From positions 1 through 56,740 of IMG/VR virus record IMGVR_UViG_3300032278_003763: a stretch of 56,740 nucleotides of DNA; one strand, given 5' to 3'. The translations under genes and the position numbers were made by a program. Positions 47,701-56,740 of this stretch are shown here, piece after piece (position 1 is the first letter of the stretch; each line of letters begins with the position of its first letter). The notes beneath the pieces are model-generated. The model had not been told where the DNA came from. It was given only the letters and a program-made list of their open reading frames with translations, and made no database searches. Source of the DNA: a virus (Duplodnaviria; Caudoviricetes).

Positions 47701-50700
47701 TCTCAATGAAAATAGAGATTATAGTAGTCCGATAGGTCATCATATTTGTTACGATGATAAGTGCTATGAATTAATAGGAGCGCATGGAGCAAATGCGGGT
47801 GGTCAGCAATACGAGCCGGGGGTAGATGGGTCAGAGGCTTATTGGAAAGAGGATATTTGTTGTACTGAATTAGCTTGTTGTCCGACGAACACTCCGACGC
47901 CGTCACCATCGCCGTCACCATCGCCGTCGCTCTCTACCCCAATAAAAGTTCCAATCACTTTATATGCTAAATCTAGATCACGACTTAACCCTCCCGGGAA
48001 AGATCCAGAATTTGTATACTTTGGTTATCAAGAGGGAACGGAAGAAACCCTGACTTGTTGTAGTCTGGGCAGTTTATCTACGACTGTTTACTATTTTGAT
48101 GATCCAGACGAAAATCTTCGAACAGGGGTGACTTCGGGCACAAAACTATATTTAAATTCGGTCCTTGACGATTATACAAGAGCCGAAAGCCTTCAATTGG
48201 CTGCGCCAGACCCCTCACCTGAAGATAACCTGTTCCTCATAGAAGGCGATCAGTATGTTATAATTGGATTGTCCGGTGATGACATAATCGTAGATGAGAT
48301 AGACGATTGTATGTGTCCGACCGAGACCCCTACTCCGTCGCCGTCGGCCACCGCGTCACCTACCCCATCACCATCAGCTACCGCGTCACCGTCACCGTCA
48401 GCCACCGGGTCGCCATCTCCATCGCCTAGCCCGACTCCTTCTTGCCCGGCTTGCGACATAGGACCTTACAACCCAAATGAATGTCTATATCTTACGGGCG
48501 CGGACGGGTCTGATGCAGCTCGAGTTTGTCATGATGGGATTTGTTATATAGCTGCCGTCCCCAATGGTTCTTGTGTTAGAAGCCAATGGGATGATCCGGA
48601 TTATCCGTACGTGGGTTCTTCTATGTGGCTTGATTCATCATCTCGCTATGCTCTTGAGCAGCTAAAGAAAAATGATGGTGAGACTTTATATACCGCGGAG
48701 CAGGTTGATACAATAATATTTGAGTTAGAATGCTGCAGCGGTAGCTGCTGTGGAACACCGTCGCCGTCACCGTCACCGTCACCATCAAGCACGCCAGAGG
48801 ATCAGGATCAGGCCTCTGTTGAATGTCTGGGCTGTGGCGAGTTAGATATTTTGCCTTGGAACGACAGCCAACCGGTCGATTACGAAGTCCAGATTGCCGA
48901 CCCAGATACTGGAGAATTTCCTCAGACTTACGTATGCCATAATGGTAAGGGTTATAGACTCTTAGAGAGCAACTCTTCTCAGGAAGGAGCCGGGAATTAT
49001 CCTTATGCTGTGCCCGGTGAGGACGATTCGATGTTCTGGCTCGAGGACGAATGCGCTAATCTTTGTTGTCCTACGTCAACCCCGTCACCAACCCCGTCAG
49101 CAACGCCTAGTCCGTCGCCAACGGTGACCCCCACCGCAACGCCAGAGCCGGGCGTGGTTTGGAAGGTAAAATTGTGCGTAGGTAGTCAATCGGTGTCCTT
49201 TTTCAGATTCCCTGACGATTTTGACCCTGACTCGGAATTCGTAAGATTGACCGCCGTGGGTGCTGAGTCCGGTTATTGCTATGAAATAGAGGGTGGGGCG
49301 GGAGCAGACCATGCTGAATATGAGGCTTGGGAAGCTCAAGGCAATACGGTAGTCGAAATAAAAGGTAGCGAATGGGGAATTAAAGAATTCGATAGCTGCA
49401 AAGAGTGCGTTTATGGGAGAATGGTCGAATGGACTGCTTGCTCGGGTGAAATTAATTATGTTTTTGTTGGGGATAATTCTTGGCAACCCGCAGCGGGAGA
49501 TCAGACTACTTGGAGTAATCTACAAGGTTTTAAATCAGATCATATACCGGGAGATGAGGGTGTGGATACTTGGACGGTAAGTCATAGTGGCGCGCTTGCG
49601 CAGGGCCGAACCAACACGTGTTACAAGGTCGCTTATATACCCCCCTCGCATGATGATTATAGCGCAGGCTTTCCTATAGCTTTAAATAACTATAGGGACA
49701 CCGGCTTTACTTATGCTTTTGATAACCAAGTTAATGAAAGCATGCTCAATTGGTGGCAAAGCGGCGCGGAAGGCCCGCCCAAGTATCAAGATGTACATGA
49801 TGTCTGCGAAGATTGGTGGCAGTGTGCTAAAAGAATTTACAGACATATCGATTTTAGTTTTAGTTGTGATACCGGTCAGTGGATTGACCCCGACAACCAA
49901 GAAGCCGGAGTTGTAGCCGAAGGACCAGTAGGCAGCCCCGAAACTGCCGCTTGGAAACCTAAATTGTGGCTTAACGGCGGTGCCGATTTCACCGGATTTG
50001 CAGAGTGCTCTCTCCCCACTCTGGTTACAGAGGGATGGCACCACCATCTCACAGAGTATGATGCTGATGGTAAAGCCGAAATTATTTGGTATAGATATAC
50101 TTGGCCGGTTAGATATAACCAAAATTTTGTAACTTATCAGGGCGGCGTCCCTACGGTCACGAATAAACATGATCAAAAATGGGGTAACGTTGGGCCTCAC
50201 GTAGGATGCGCTGACATTAATGATAAGGCAACGGCAGCCGATGCGGGATTGACTGAAGGTGAGAAAATTGTAAAGGATGTATCAACAGACCCAGCCGAAT
50301 ACGATGGCACAGAACAGACAGAGAAACTTAATATCATAGCGGGTCTAGATTCAAAATTTAAATTTAGAGAAATTTATCAGAATAATGGGCAAAATTATTG
50401 GAGAACAGTCGTTCCATCCGAGTGTCAGCTAACCACACAGACGACGCCCACGCCGACGCCTACACCCTCTCCCAGCGTAGAGCCGGCGGGAGCTAATTAT
50501 TATTTACTTACTCCTTGTGGACAAACAATAGGAACAATAGACTTTAATAGTTCTTATATAACTAAATTTAAAACCAATGTAGACCTTGATGATAAAAATA
50601 ATAGGGTAATTAAAATTAGCTCTAATTTTTTCCCGCTAAGAGTAGATAGTTATTCTTTACCAAGCAACATTTATAATGGTCCATGCGTAAAAGTACAAAA

Positions 50701-53700
50701 GATAACCCAGTCAGAGTACGACACTCCCGGTGGAGGACAAAGGGTAGATGGAACACTAAACAAGTACCTCCCCTCCTTTGGGTTCGAAGACACGAGTGGG
50801 ACAGAAGAAGAAGATTTAACGACACTGTGCAATCTATGCGTTAATACAACCGAAAGCGAAATACGCGTAAGATTAATAGAGTGCGGCACGTCTAGCGCCA
50901 AAGAATTCATATTAAGAGCTGACCCAAATAATCTTTTAACACACTTACCTAATAATGTAGTAAATGCAATTAGATTTAATTCTCCTAACCCTTACGTTAT
51001 AAAGGCTTATCAAGCAGTATACACACAGGGCGGCTTGCTGAACGCCCTTACTCTAGTGGATCAAGTTGCCAGTTTAGCTACCGCCGCCTGTTATACCGCT
51101 GTTCAAGAGATTGTCGACACTACCTATACTATTAATGATTATATATATCTTCTTGATGAAGGCGTTAATTGTTTGGATAGAGACTGTTTAGAGAGCACTC
51201 TCTCCGAACAGTTGGGGTGCGAAGAAGGTGCATCTCACGTAGTCAGAAACAAAACCCCGCAACAGTCTTGCGTAGATGGTTACGCAGAGTATGTAAACTC
51301 CATAGATGATGGAAGTGATGAAATCATAAGTTATGGGCAGTTTGTTTCTCAGGAGTGTGAATGCGTTGGGGGAGAAATTCCTTTAGTCCCGACATTACCT
51401 GCCGAATTGGAATGTTGGAGCGAACACATTCAGTATGAAGATAAAGCGAAAGTCTGTTTTAACAGTTCGGTTTATATAGCGTATAACTCAAGCGTGAGTA
51501 TCCCTCCGGCGGGAACTGCTGAGTCGGTTTTGTTTTGGACAGAGTCAACGGTACCAGAATACATAGATCTCTGCCCCAAGGATTGTCCAGATGTTGGACC
51601 TACCGCATCACCATCGCCGTCACCATCGCCGTCGCCATCACCGTCGCCGTCGTCTATTTCTCCTCCTCCTTTACCTCCGGTTGGGCCTACGCCTACCGCT
51701 ACGCCTACGCCATCACCGTCAGCTGAAGCACCGGATTTTGATTGTCCTAGCGTTAGAGTTGCTGACTCACCGTATCCTGAGATTAATCAATGTTATACAT
51801 TCTCTCAAGGCGCGTTCTACGGGGAGAACAATGATTCGCTTATAATGTGGAAGATCCATTTGTTTCAAGGTGAGAGATGGGTTATATCCAAGTACGATTC
51901 TCTGAATAATGCAGCTGGATGGGTTCCCCATCACGTTGCTAGATATAATACTCACTATGGTTATGACTTTCGGACGCCGACTCAAAATCCCGTGCCGGGA
52001 GATTGGATGGGTGGCGGCGAGTGTCCTCACGAAAAAATTGAGATAATGGATACCAACGGCTCGTACCTCGCGAACAACTGGGGCGCGACGTATCTTAGTG
52101 GTGAGATAACTGTCACTGAAGGCTGTCCGACTGGGTCGCCATCGCCAACGCCATCGCCGTCAGCCACTGCGTCACCGTCACCTAGCGCTACTGCGTCGCC
52201 ATCAGCTACCGCGTCACCGTCACCAACGCCGACGCCATCACCGTCAGCTACCCCGCTAGCTGAGACCCCTACTCCGTCGCCGTCACCATCGCCGTCTCCC
52301 AGCCCGTCAGCCACTGCGTCGCCGTCAGCTACTGCGTCACCGTCACCTAGCGCTACTGCGTCGCCGTCAGCTACTGCGTCACCGTCGCCGTCGCCATCGC
52401 CTACGCCGGGTTCACCTTTAACTTGTGCTGAAGCAGACATAACAACCTTCATAAAAGACAGCGTCGAAGAAAATAATGCAGTTTTCATTGGTGAAAGCCA
52501 CGGAATGATGTCTACACTGAGGTACCTGACAGATAAGACGACTGATATTTTGCCTCCGGTGGCCAACGAAGAAGCCATCCACTATTCGCGAGTTTTCTTC
52601 ACCGAGCTTCTTTATTCTGGCGACTCGAGCACAAAGATCGTATCCGACTACCAAGCGAAGGTGTCGGCCCTTGGCATACTGGCTAGTCAAGGGACTCCGG
52701 AACAATGCGCCTTGATAGAGTCACTGAAAGATCGAGGAGTCGATCAGCAGGAAGCACTCTGTTGCCACAATGCTTGGACACCGGCAGAGGACCGTCCTGA
52801 TGCCACCTTGCCCGAAGAAGGTTTTGCAATGGAGATGGTTAAGCTGATAGAATCAGTTACGCTTGCGGGTATTGAAGTCTTAGGTGTTGAAACACCTCCC
52901 TCGGACCCGGCTTACATTTTGGCAGGCAGAACAACCCCCACAGGGGTAGTAGCCCGAAACAACCAATGGGCGGCCGTCATTAATAAATGGTTGGAGGAAG
53001 AAAATGACTGGCGCACCTTCAACGCTCCGCTGATGGGGGAGCCTACGTTTATTATTCATGGTGGCTCGGATCACGGTAGCGAAGGGAGAGTGCCGACCGA
53101 TACTGGTGTAGATCAGATGATTTTTAAGGACGGGGTATCATCCGACGCGGGTGGCCACATGGATATAGACTCTTTTGATTTTCGGTTTCCTTCGTGTCCT
53201 GAGGCAATCGCTGCAAGGTTTGGGATTGATCCCGCTGCATATGGTCCATGGGCTGGGATACCAGCCGCTGAGCTGGATGGCGAGGGGTACAAGTATGGTC
53301 TTGCCAGAATGTCCTCCAGCAGCGGTGGCAATGATCATGCTCCTGCAAACTTCGATACGGGGCTTGGTCCGTACGAAGAAGGACCCTGTATGTGTTTGTG
53401 GGAAAACGATGGGCGTTTAAACCAAGGAAACTATGATCAGACCCAAGACGCGTCAAGTGATTATATAGTTTTCATAAACGTATGTTCTGAAGATGGTCTT
53501 TCTTATGTTAATTATGATTGTACTACCCATAGTCATCCATACGACGAACCGAATTGTCCAACCGGCACAGCGACACCGACACCGTCTCCTAGTCCGTCGC
53601 CGTCACCATCAGCCACTGCGTCACCGTCACCGTCACCGTCACCGTCACCATCATCTACCGCGCCGGAGACTGTTTTTCTATATAAATTTGCTCTTGCTGA

Positions 53701-56700
53701 AGTGTCCGCATCTGATGCTAAATATGTTTGGCAGTCGCGTGTAGATGGAGCTCCAGAGTGTCTTGATCCGCAAAGCGTTACCAGAGGCAAATGGCTAGTA
53801 AGCAAAGATCCGACATCAGGAGAATGCATATTTGAATATTATTATGAAGATTTAGATAAGCTAATACCAGATGGCGCTGAAACCGAATGCATAGACGACG
53901 GGGTAAATGTCTTTTCGTTGGCCCCCCAAATACCGTTTGCGCAAAACCCTTACGTATTAGAGCCGTTTTTAATTAATGTTGATGGTTCTCTCAATGTAAA
54001 CTCTATCCCTTCAGAGATTAAGACTTTCATAGAGGATAAATGCTCGGACATTCTGCCTCCTGACGGGCCGACAGATACCCCAACGCCGTCGCCATCAGCA
54101 ACACCGAAAGGAGATTATTGCGGAGTTAGATTTAGAGTAGGAATAGAGGTTGATGATTGGGATCCTCAAGAAACCAAGGTTTGGCATCCCGCGAGCGAGT
54201 CTTGGGTACTTAATCCAAATTCGAGCTCGGTTCTTTTTGGGGGGGACCCAGCAACTCGTTATTACAAAACTTTTGGCATTGGCATGTCAGCACAGGATCC
54301 ACCGGAGGTGATGATCCCGGGGCCGTATGATGATAATGGGGTACTTGGAGAACTTATATGCACAGAAAAATTTCATAATTGGGAGTTTATTAAAGAGTCT
54401 GGCGGAGGACCCCAAGGTGAAGATATATGTTACTTTGAAAAAATACTTCCAGTTGTTACAGACGAGCAAGATGGTTTAGGTCGCATTGAACTATGCCAAG
54501 GCGAGTTTTGTACTAAGGAGGGCATAGACTTAGAGCGCTTGTCTTCTTTTGGCGAGATTTATGAAAATCATAAGGGGGAGATTAGATTAACTAGAAGTCT
54601 TCTTTGGGGAATATCTAAGGCCCTATCGAAACATTGGATGGTTGATGAGAATGATGAGTTGGATTCATTATATGGACAAGTTAGAGATGCTATAGCTCCA
54701 GATTATTCTTCAAAGGAAGGTGGCTTTTTCGAGTTTAAGCTTCAGGGCGATGTTCAAAATGGTTTTGATAGTGGTGGTTGGACTCTTTCAGAAGAGGGTC
54801 TTATAAGAACGGTTTATAAATGGTGGCAGGGTTTCGCCATCGGTACGGACGCGACAGGACTTGCGTGGGCAATCAAGAACAATCGGGTTTGGATTTCCGA
54901 AAACATGGGGCAATTGGCTTTCGACTGGATGACAAGACACGGTAAATCCGTTCCTCATGCGGGGGTCGATGCTTTGTATGATTATAGTGACCTTCCTGTT
55001 ATTGGTGGTTTACCGGGAATATCAAAGGCGACAAATCCTGCTCTTTCTTATAATGAAAAATGGAACGGATTAATCTTAGCCCGTATACATCCGGGTGGGG
55101 CTATTGATGATGACCGGGAGACTTGGCATGGCAAGTGTCTTTCTACAGCAACGCCATCGCCATCACCGTCGCCGTCAGCTACTGCGTCACCGTCAGCTAC
55201 CGCATCGCCATCACCGTCAGCTACCGCATCGCCATCACCGTCAGCTACCGCATCGCCATCACCGTCAGCTACTGCGTCACCGTCGCCATCACCCTGTGGT
55301 ACTGCAACGCCGTCACCGTCAGCTACTGCGTCACCGTCAGCTACCGCGTCACCGTCACCATCGCCATCGCCATCACCGTCAGCTACCGCGCTAGCATGTC
55401 AGCGTATTCCAATTAAAGTAGTTTATGATGTATTTCAGTTCAATAAGTCGCAAGGAACTAATCCTGTTCAGACAGGTATATATTCAGGATTTAGTGGTAA
55501 AGATCAGGCCTGTGATGCAGACGAGTTCCCGACTATAACCGTCTATACTGACACTTTAATAAATGGCGTTCTTGATGGGGGGGAAATTCTTTATAAAAAC
55601 TGTGAACTTGAGGATACTTCGCCTGCTCTTCTAAGCGATCAGATTGCCGGCCCCGAAGAAAAGTGGTATAAAGTTCTTGAGATAAACGATGTTAGAGTGG
55701 GTGGACAAGCCTCGCAGAATGAGTCGATGTATATGTCTGTTAGACTGCATGTTGGCATAGCGGGTGCCGTTGATACCCTCAAAGTGGAGGAAGCCGACGT
55801 GTGTGCTACCCCATCACCATCACCGTCTCCTAGTCCATCACCGTCAGCTACTGCGTCGCCATCACCGTCGCCGTCAGCTAGTCCATCACCGTCAGCTACT
55901 GCGTCGCCATCACCGTCAGCTACCGCGTCGCCGTCGCCGTCAGGCACTCCGTCACCATCGCCGTCAGGCACTCCGTCACCGTCGCCGTCAGGCACTCCGT
56001 CACCATCGCCGTCAGGTACCGCGTCACCGTCACCGTCAGCTACCGCATCGCCATCACCGTCAGCTACCGCATCGCCATCACCGTCAGCTACCGCGTCACC
56101 GTCACCGTCTCCTAGTCCGTCGCCGTCAATTACTGCGACACCATCACCGTCGCCTACCGGTACGCCGTCGCCGTCAGCTACTGCGTCACCGTCGCCAACT
56201 CCCACGCCGTCGCCATCACCCTGTGGTACTGCAACGCCGTCACCGTCAGCCACTGCGTCGCCGTCAGCTACTGCGTCGCCGTCGCCGTCAGCTACTGCGT
56301 CGCCGTCGCCAACTCCCTCGCCGTCGCCATCACCCTGTGGTACTGCAACGCCGTCACCGTCAGCCACTGCGTCGCCGTCAGCTACCGCGTCACCATCGCC
56401 GTCTCCTAGCCCGTCGCCATCACCGTCAGCTACTGCGTCGCCATCACCGTCAGCTACCGCGTCGCCGTCGCCGTCAGCTACTGCGTCGCCATCACCGTCA
56501 GCTACTGCGTCGCCATCACCGTCAGCTACTGCGTCGCCGTCACCGTCAGCTACTGCGTCACCGTCACCGTCAGCTACTGCGTCACCGTCACCGTCAGCTA
56601 CTGCGTCACCGTCGCCGTCAGCTACTGCGTCACCGTCGCCGTCAGCTACTGCGTCACCGTCACCGTCAGCTACCGCGTCGCCAACGCCAACACCGTCGTC

Positions 56701-56740
56701 ATCACCGTCAGCTACTGCGTCACCGTCACCGTCAGCTACT
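44735..56740 (+). CDS. Giant modular Cys-rich protein with mucin-like S/P/T/A linkers (at least 4,002 aa, 3'-truncated; putative virion fibre/adhesin)
   Basis: ATG at 44735 ([21 protein letters not shown]...). Frame +2 read open in every segment I translated, up to the last codon (...[13 protein letters not shown]). Its absence from the ORF track is consistent with there being no stop in the window. Confidence 0.92.
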   Translation, partial: MPYYSRVLHGASMPPIELQSCMASMLDCPLVGGSDTDPCGNTAWIEPVTVYWDSSEGGNATLPDVGQTLYCDDQDSYAYAVNSYFDDMDGNGCCDCQDAGFTTMINSDVDHFLASGNEDGYFFMQSDDDGTNTTESWEIGTDSTFNSVSSCSGTPTPTPSPSPSPTPSPSPSPTPSSTPCYTAETAHVSYYDESNGYLKYANNSSGSWVDTTVSDTATDGFYTSIAIDSSGKVHISHHEEYRSLRYTTNTSGSWVTTEVDGNDVTGKWTSIVVDSNDNPHIIYVSEEDQEVKHATCSSDTSVAGNWTIETAFSGVEPKWASVAIADDYLYLSFADDGMLVTATNFGGGGWVSEPLFSEGLYSSITLIKDGSDIWQRHISHVDSSTGYLRYTYSHGSSSWSVENIDTTVYTTYTSIAAASDGSLHISYGDEDNYALKYATNEHDGTNWIIETVDDGDAGSNTVGEWSSIAVDGNNVVYISYYDDTNANIKVADNHCGWSIQIADDEDLESGDTVGRYTSLALGAGGATDTPTPSPSPSPTPSPSPTPTPSPSPTPTPSPSPTPTPSPSPTPTPSPSPTPTPSPSPTPTPSPSPTPTPSPSATASPSPTPTPSPSPSSICPPTVYAYGFQAPNAHFNGTWQIISVIVNGREVYRTGSPGAYWYMWYGVGGWKMGNLVTADCSMDTDESCPESISAGDWGACGGTTTTGTGTPSPSPSPTPTPSPSPTSEGDDGCDGCVDVTGFDAVANGTLNGVYTRGASLWYGKPYWEKGTNGTGFAYAYIYYNPANSRWEISYATFYDNGIGVAWWATQDTDQACPFSNLDGWTSSGNVGGTPLLATNSCPTETPTPSPSPSPSPSPSPSATASPSPTPTPSPSATAGGCQGCEDPEYPGTYAALWNYPNFIDYCDGDGPTIACYKGRCYRCTEYVGPNGANNLPPDQTDKWVIDDCCDGSSCCPTGSPTPTPSPSPSPTASCDGETCGDFFSWVSWEGLNENRDYSSPIGHHICYDDKCYELIGAHGANAGGQQYEPGVDGSEAYWKEDICCTELACCPTNTPTPSPSPSPSPSLSTPIKVPITLYAKSRSRLNPPGKDPEFVYFGYQEGTEETLTCCSLGSLSTTVYYFDDPDENLRTGVTSGTKLYLNSVLDDYTRAESLQLAAPDPSPEDNLFLIEGDQYVIIGLSGDDIIVDEIDDCMCPTETPTPSPSATASPTPSPSATASPSPSATGSPSPSPSPTPSCPACDIGPYNPNECLYLTGADGSDAARVCHDGICYIAAVPNGSCVRSQWDDPDYPYVGSSMWLDSSSRYALEQLKKNDGETLYTAEQVDTIIFELECCSGSCCGTPSPSPSPSPSSTPEDQDQASVECLGCGELDILPWNDSQPVDYEVQIADPDTGEFPQTYVCHNGKGYRLLESNSSQEGAGNYPYAVPGEDDSMFWLEDECANLCCPTSTPSPTPSATPSPSPTVTPTATPEPGVVWKVKLCVGSQSVSFFRFPDDFDPDSEFVRLTAVGAESGYCYEIEGGAGADHAEYEAWEAQGNTVVEIKGSEWGIKEFDSCKECVYGRMVEWTACSGEINYVFVGDNSWQPAAGDQTTWSNLQGFKSDHIPGDEGVDTWTVSHSGALAQGRTNTCYKVAYIPPSHDDYSAGFPIALNNYRDTGFTYAFDNQVNESMLNWWQSGAEGPPKYQDVHDVCEDWWQCAKRIYRHIDFSFSCDTGQWIDPDNQEAGVVAEGPVGSPETAAWKPKLWLNGGADFTGFAECSLPTLVTEGWHHHLTEYDADGKAEIIWYRYTWPVRYNQNFVTYQGGVPTVTNKHDQKWGNVGPHVGCADINDKATAADAGLTEGEKIVKDVSTDPAEYDGTEQTEKLNIIAGLDSKFKFREIYQNNGQNYWRTVVPSECQLTTQTTPTPTPTPSPSVEPAGANYYLLTPCGQTIGTIDFNSSYITKFKTNVDLDDKNNRVIKISSNFFPLRVDSYSLPSNIYNGPCVKVQKITQSEYDTPGGGQRVDGTLNKYLPSFGFEDTSGTEEEDLTTLCNLCVNTTESEIRVRLIECGTSSAKEFILRADPNNLLTHLPNNVVNAIRFNSPNPYVIKAYQAVYTQGGLLNALTLVDQVASLATAACYTAVQEIVDTTYTINDYIYLLDEGVNCLDRDCLESTLSEQLGCEEGASHVVRNKTPQQSCVDGYAEYVNSIDDGSDEIISYGQFVSQECECVGGEIPLVPTLPAELECWSEHIQYEDKAKVCFNSSVYIAYNSSVSIPPAGTAESVLFWTESTVPEYIDLCPKDCPDVGPTASPSPSPSPSPSPSPSSISPPPLPPVGPTPTATPTPSPSAEAPDFDCPSVRVADSPYPEINQCYTFSQGAFYGENNDSLIMWKIHLFQGERWVISKYDSLNNAAGWVPHHVARYNTHYGYDFRTPTQNPVPGDWMGGGECPHEKIEIMDTNGSYLANNWGATYLSGEITVTEGCPTGSPSPTPSPSATASPSPSATASPSATASPSPTPTPSPSATPLAETPTPSPSPSPSPSPSATASPSATASPSPSATASPSATASPSPSPSPTPGSPLTCAEADITTFIKDSVEENNAVFIGESHGMMSTLRYLTDKTTDILPPVANEEAIHYSRVFFTELLYSGDSSTKIVSDYQAKVSALGILASQGTPEQCALIESLKDRGVDQQEALCCHNAWTPAEDRPDATLPEEGFAMEMVKLIESVTLAGIEVLGVETPPSDPAYILAGRTTPTGVVARNNQWAAVINKWLEEENDWRTFNAPLMGEPTFIIHGGSDHGSEGRVPTDTGVDQMIFKDGVSSDAGGHMDIDSFDFRFPSCPEAIAARFGIDPAAYGPWAGIPAAELDGEGYKYGLARMSSSSGGNDHAPANFDTGLGPYEEGPCMCLWENDGRLNQGNYDQTQDASSDYIVFINVCSEDGLSYVNYDCTTHSHPYDEPNCPTGTATPTPSPSPSPSPSATASPSPSPSPSPSSTAPETVFLYKFALAEVSASDAKYVWQSRVDGAPECLDPQSVTRGKWLVSKDPTSGECIFEYYYEDLDKLIPDGAETECIDDGVNVFSLAPQIPFAQNPYVLEPFLINVDGSLNVNSIPSEIKTFIEDKCSDILPPDGPTDTPTPSPSATPKGDYCGVRFRVGIEVDDWDPQETKVWHPASESWVLNPNSSSVLFGGDPATRYYKTFGIGMSAQDPPEVMIPGPYDDNGVLGELICTEKFHNWEFIKESGGGPQGEDICYFEKILPVVTDEQDGLGRIELCQGEFCTKEGIDLERLSSFGEIYENHKGEIRLTRSLLWGISKALSKHWMVDENDELDSLYGQVRDAIAPDYSSKEGGFFEFKLQGDVQNGFDSGGWTLSEEGLIRTVYKWWQGFAIGTDATGLAWAIKNNRVWISENMGQLAFDWMTRHGKSVPHAGVDALYDYSDLPVIGGLPGISKATNPALSYNEKWNGLILARIHPGGAIDDDRETWHGKCLSTATPSPSPSPSATASPSATASPSPSATASPSPSATASPSPSATASPSPSPCGTATPSPSATASPSATASPSPSPSPSPSATALACQRIPIKVVYDVFQFNKSQGTNPVQTGIYSGFSGKDQACDADEFPTITVYTDTLINGVLDGGEILYKNCELEDTSPALLSDQIAGPEEKWYKVLEINDVRVGGQASQNESMYMSVRLHVGIAGAVDTLKVEEADVCATPSPSPSPSPSPSATASPSPSPSASPSPSATASPSPSATASPSPSGTPSPSPSGTPSPSPSGTPSPSPSGTASPSPSATASPSPSATASPSPSATASPSPSPSPSPSITATPSPSPTGTPSPSATASPSPTPTPSPSPCGTATPSPSATASPSATASPSPSATASPSPTPSPSPSPCGTATPSPSATASPSATASPSPSPSPSPSPSATASPSPSATASPSPSATASPSPSATASPSPSATASPSPSATASPSPSATASPSPSATASPSPSATASPSPSATASPSPSATASPTPTPSSSPSATASPSPSAT
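46367..46510 (+). repeat. 24-bp tandem repeat x6 (TPTPSPSP)
   Basis: acgcctacgccctcgccgtcacca x2, then acgcctactccttcgccgtcacca x4. Confidence 0.9.
52127..52417 (+). repeat. Low-complexity S/P/T/A coding linker repeat
   Basis: Degenerate tcgccgtcagctactgcg / tcaccg units. Confidence 0.85.
55140..55390 (+). repeat. Low-complexity SPSATA coding linker repeat
   Basis: Repeated tcgccatcaccgtcagctaccgca units. Confidence 0.85.
55805..56740 (+). repeat. Long SPSPSATA tandem repeat tract (over 900 bp, runs off the window)
   Basis: Mostly 24-bp units of the form tc(a/g)cc(a/g)tc(a/g)ccgtcagctac(t/c)gcg. Confidence 0.9.

Noticed and set aside
44747-56367. Many short ORFs in the track, including GDGDGV/DGDAVA repeat proteins (46231, 48250, 52027, 55639 on -) and His/Arg-rich ORFs (46296, 51591, 55095 on +)
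   Set aside because: They are antisense or off-frame shadows of the S/P/T/A linkers of the single frame +2 ORF.
44600-56740. Apparent collapse of coding density suggesting stop-codon recoding or pseudogenes
   Set aside because: One open frame in the standard code explains it. TAA, TAG and TGA all terminate genes elsewhere in the window.
46316-56740. Repeats separated by unique sequence resembling a CRISPR array
   Set aside because: The repeats are degenerate, variable-length, in-frame codon repeats, the intervening segments are hundreds of bp of coding sequence, and no cas genes are present.

Overview
This window is a fragment of a large, AT-leaning tailed dsDNA phage (siphovirus-like), read in the standard code. 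It has four parts. (1) 1-19452 is the tail module: a 5'-truncated tape-measure protein of over 2,900 aa on +, converging with an inverted lambda-like M-L-K-I-J tail-tip operon on -. (2) 19439-32132 holds recombination, transcription and nucleotide-metabolism genes: a Rad52-like annealing protein, dNMP kinase, a phage sigma factor, and nrdA/nrdB, where NrdB lacks the radical Tyr (class Ic-like). It also contains a ~400-nt structured non-coding island. (3) 32174-44143 is a glycan synthesis and decoration cluster: glycosyltransferases, gmd/fcl (GDP-fucose), an oxidoreductase/aminotransferase/N-formyltransferase trio, three sulfotransferases and a methyltransferase, with recA embedded. (4) 44735 to the end is a single open frame of at least 4,002 codons that the ORF track omits, most likely because it has no stop in the window. 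It encodes a beads-on-a-string protein of Cys-bounded domains (propeller-like repeats, carbohydrate-binding-like modules, an EreA/ChaN/TIKI-like hydrolase domain) joined by about 16 mucin-like Ser/Pro/Thr/Ala linkers. The lead hypothesis is a phage-encoded system that builds a fucosylated, sulfated and formylated mucin-like virion fibre. All family assignments come from motif recognition by eye; no database searches were run.
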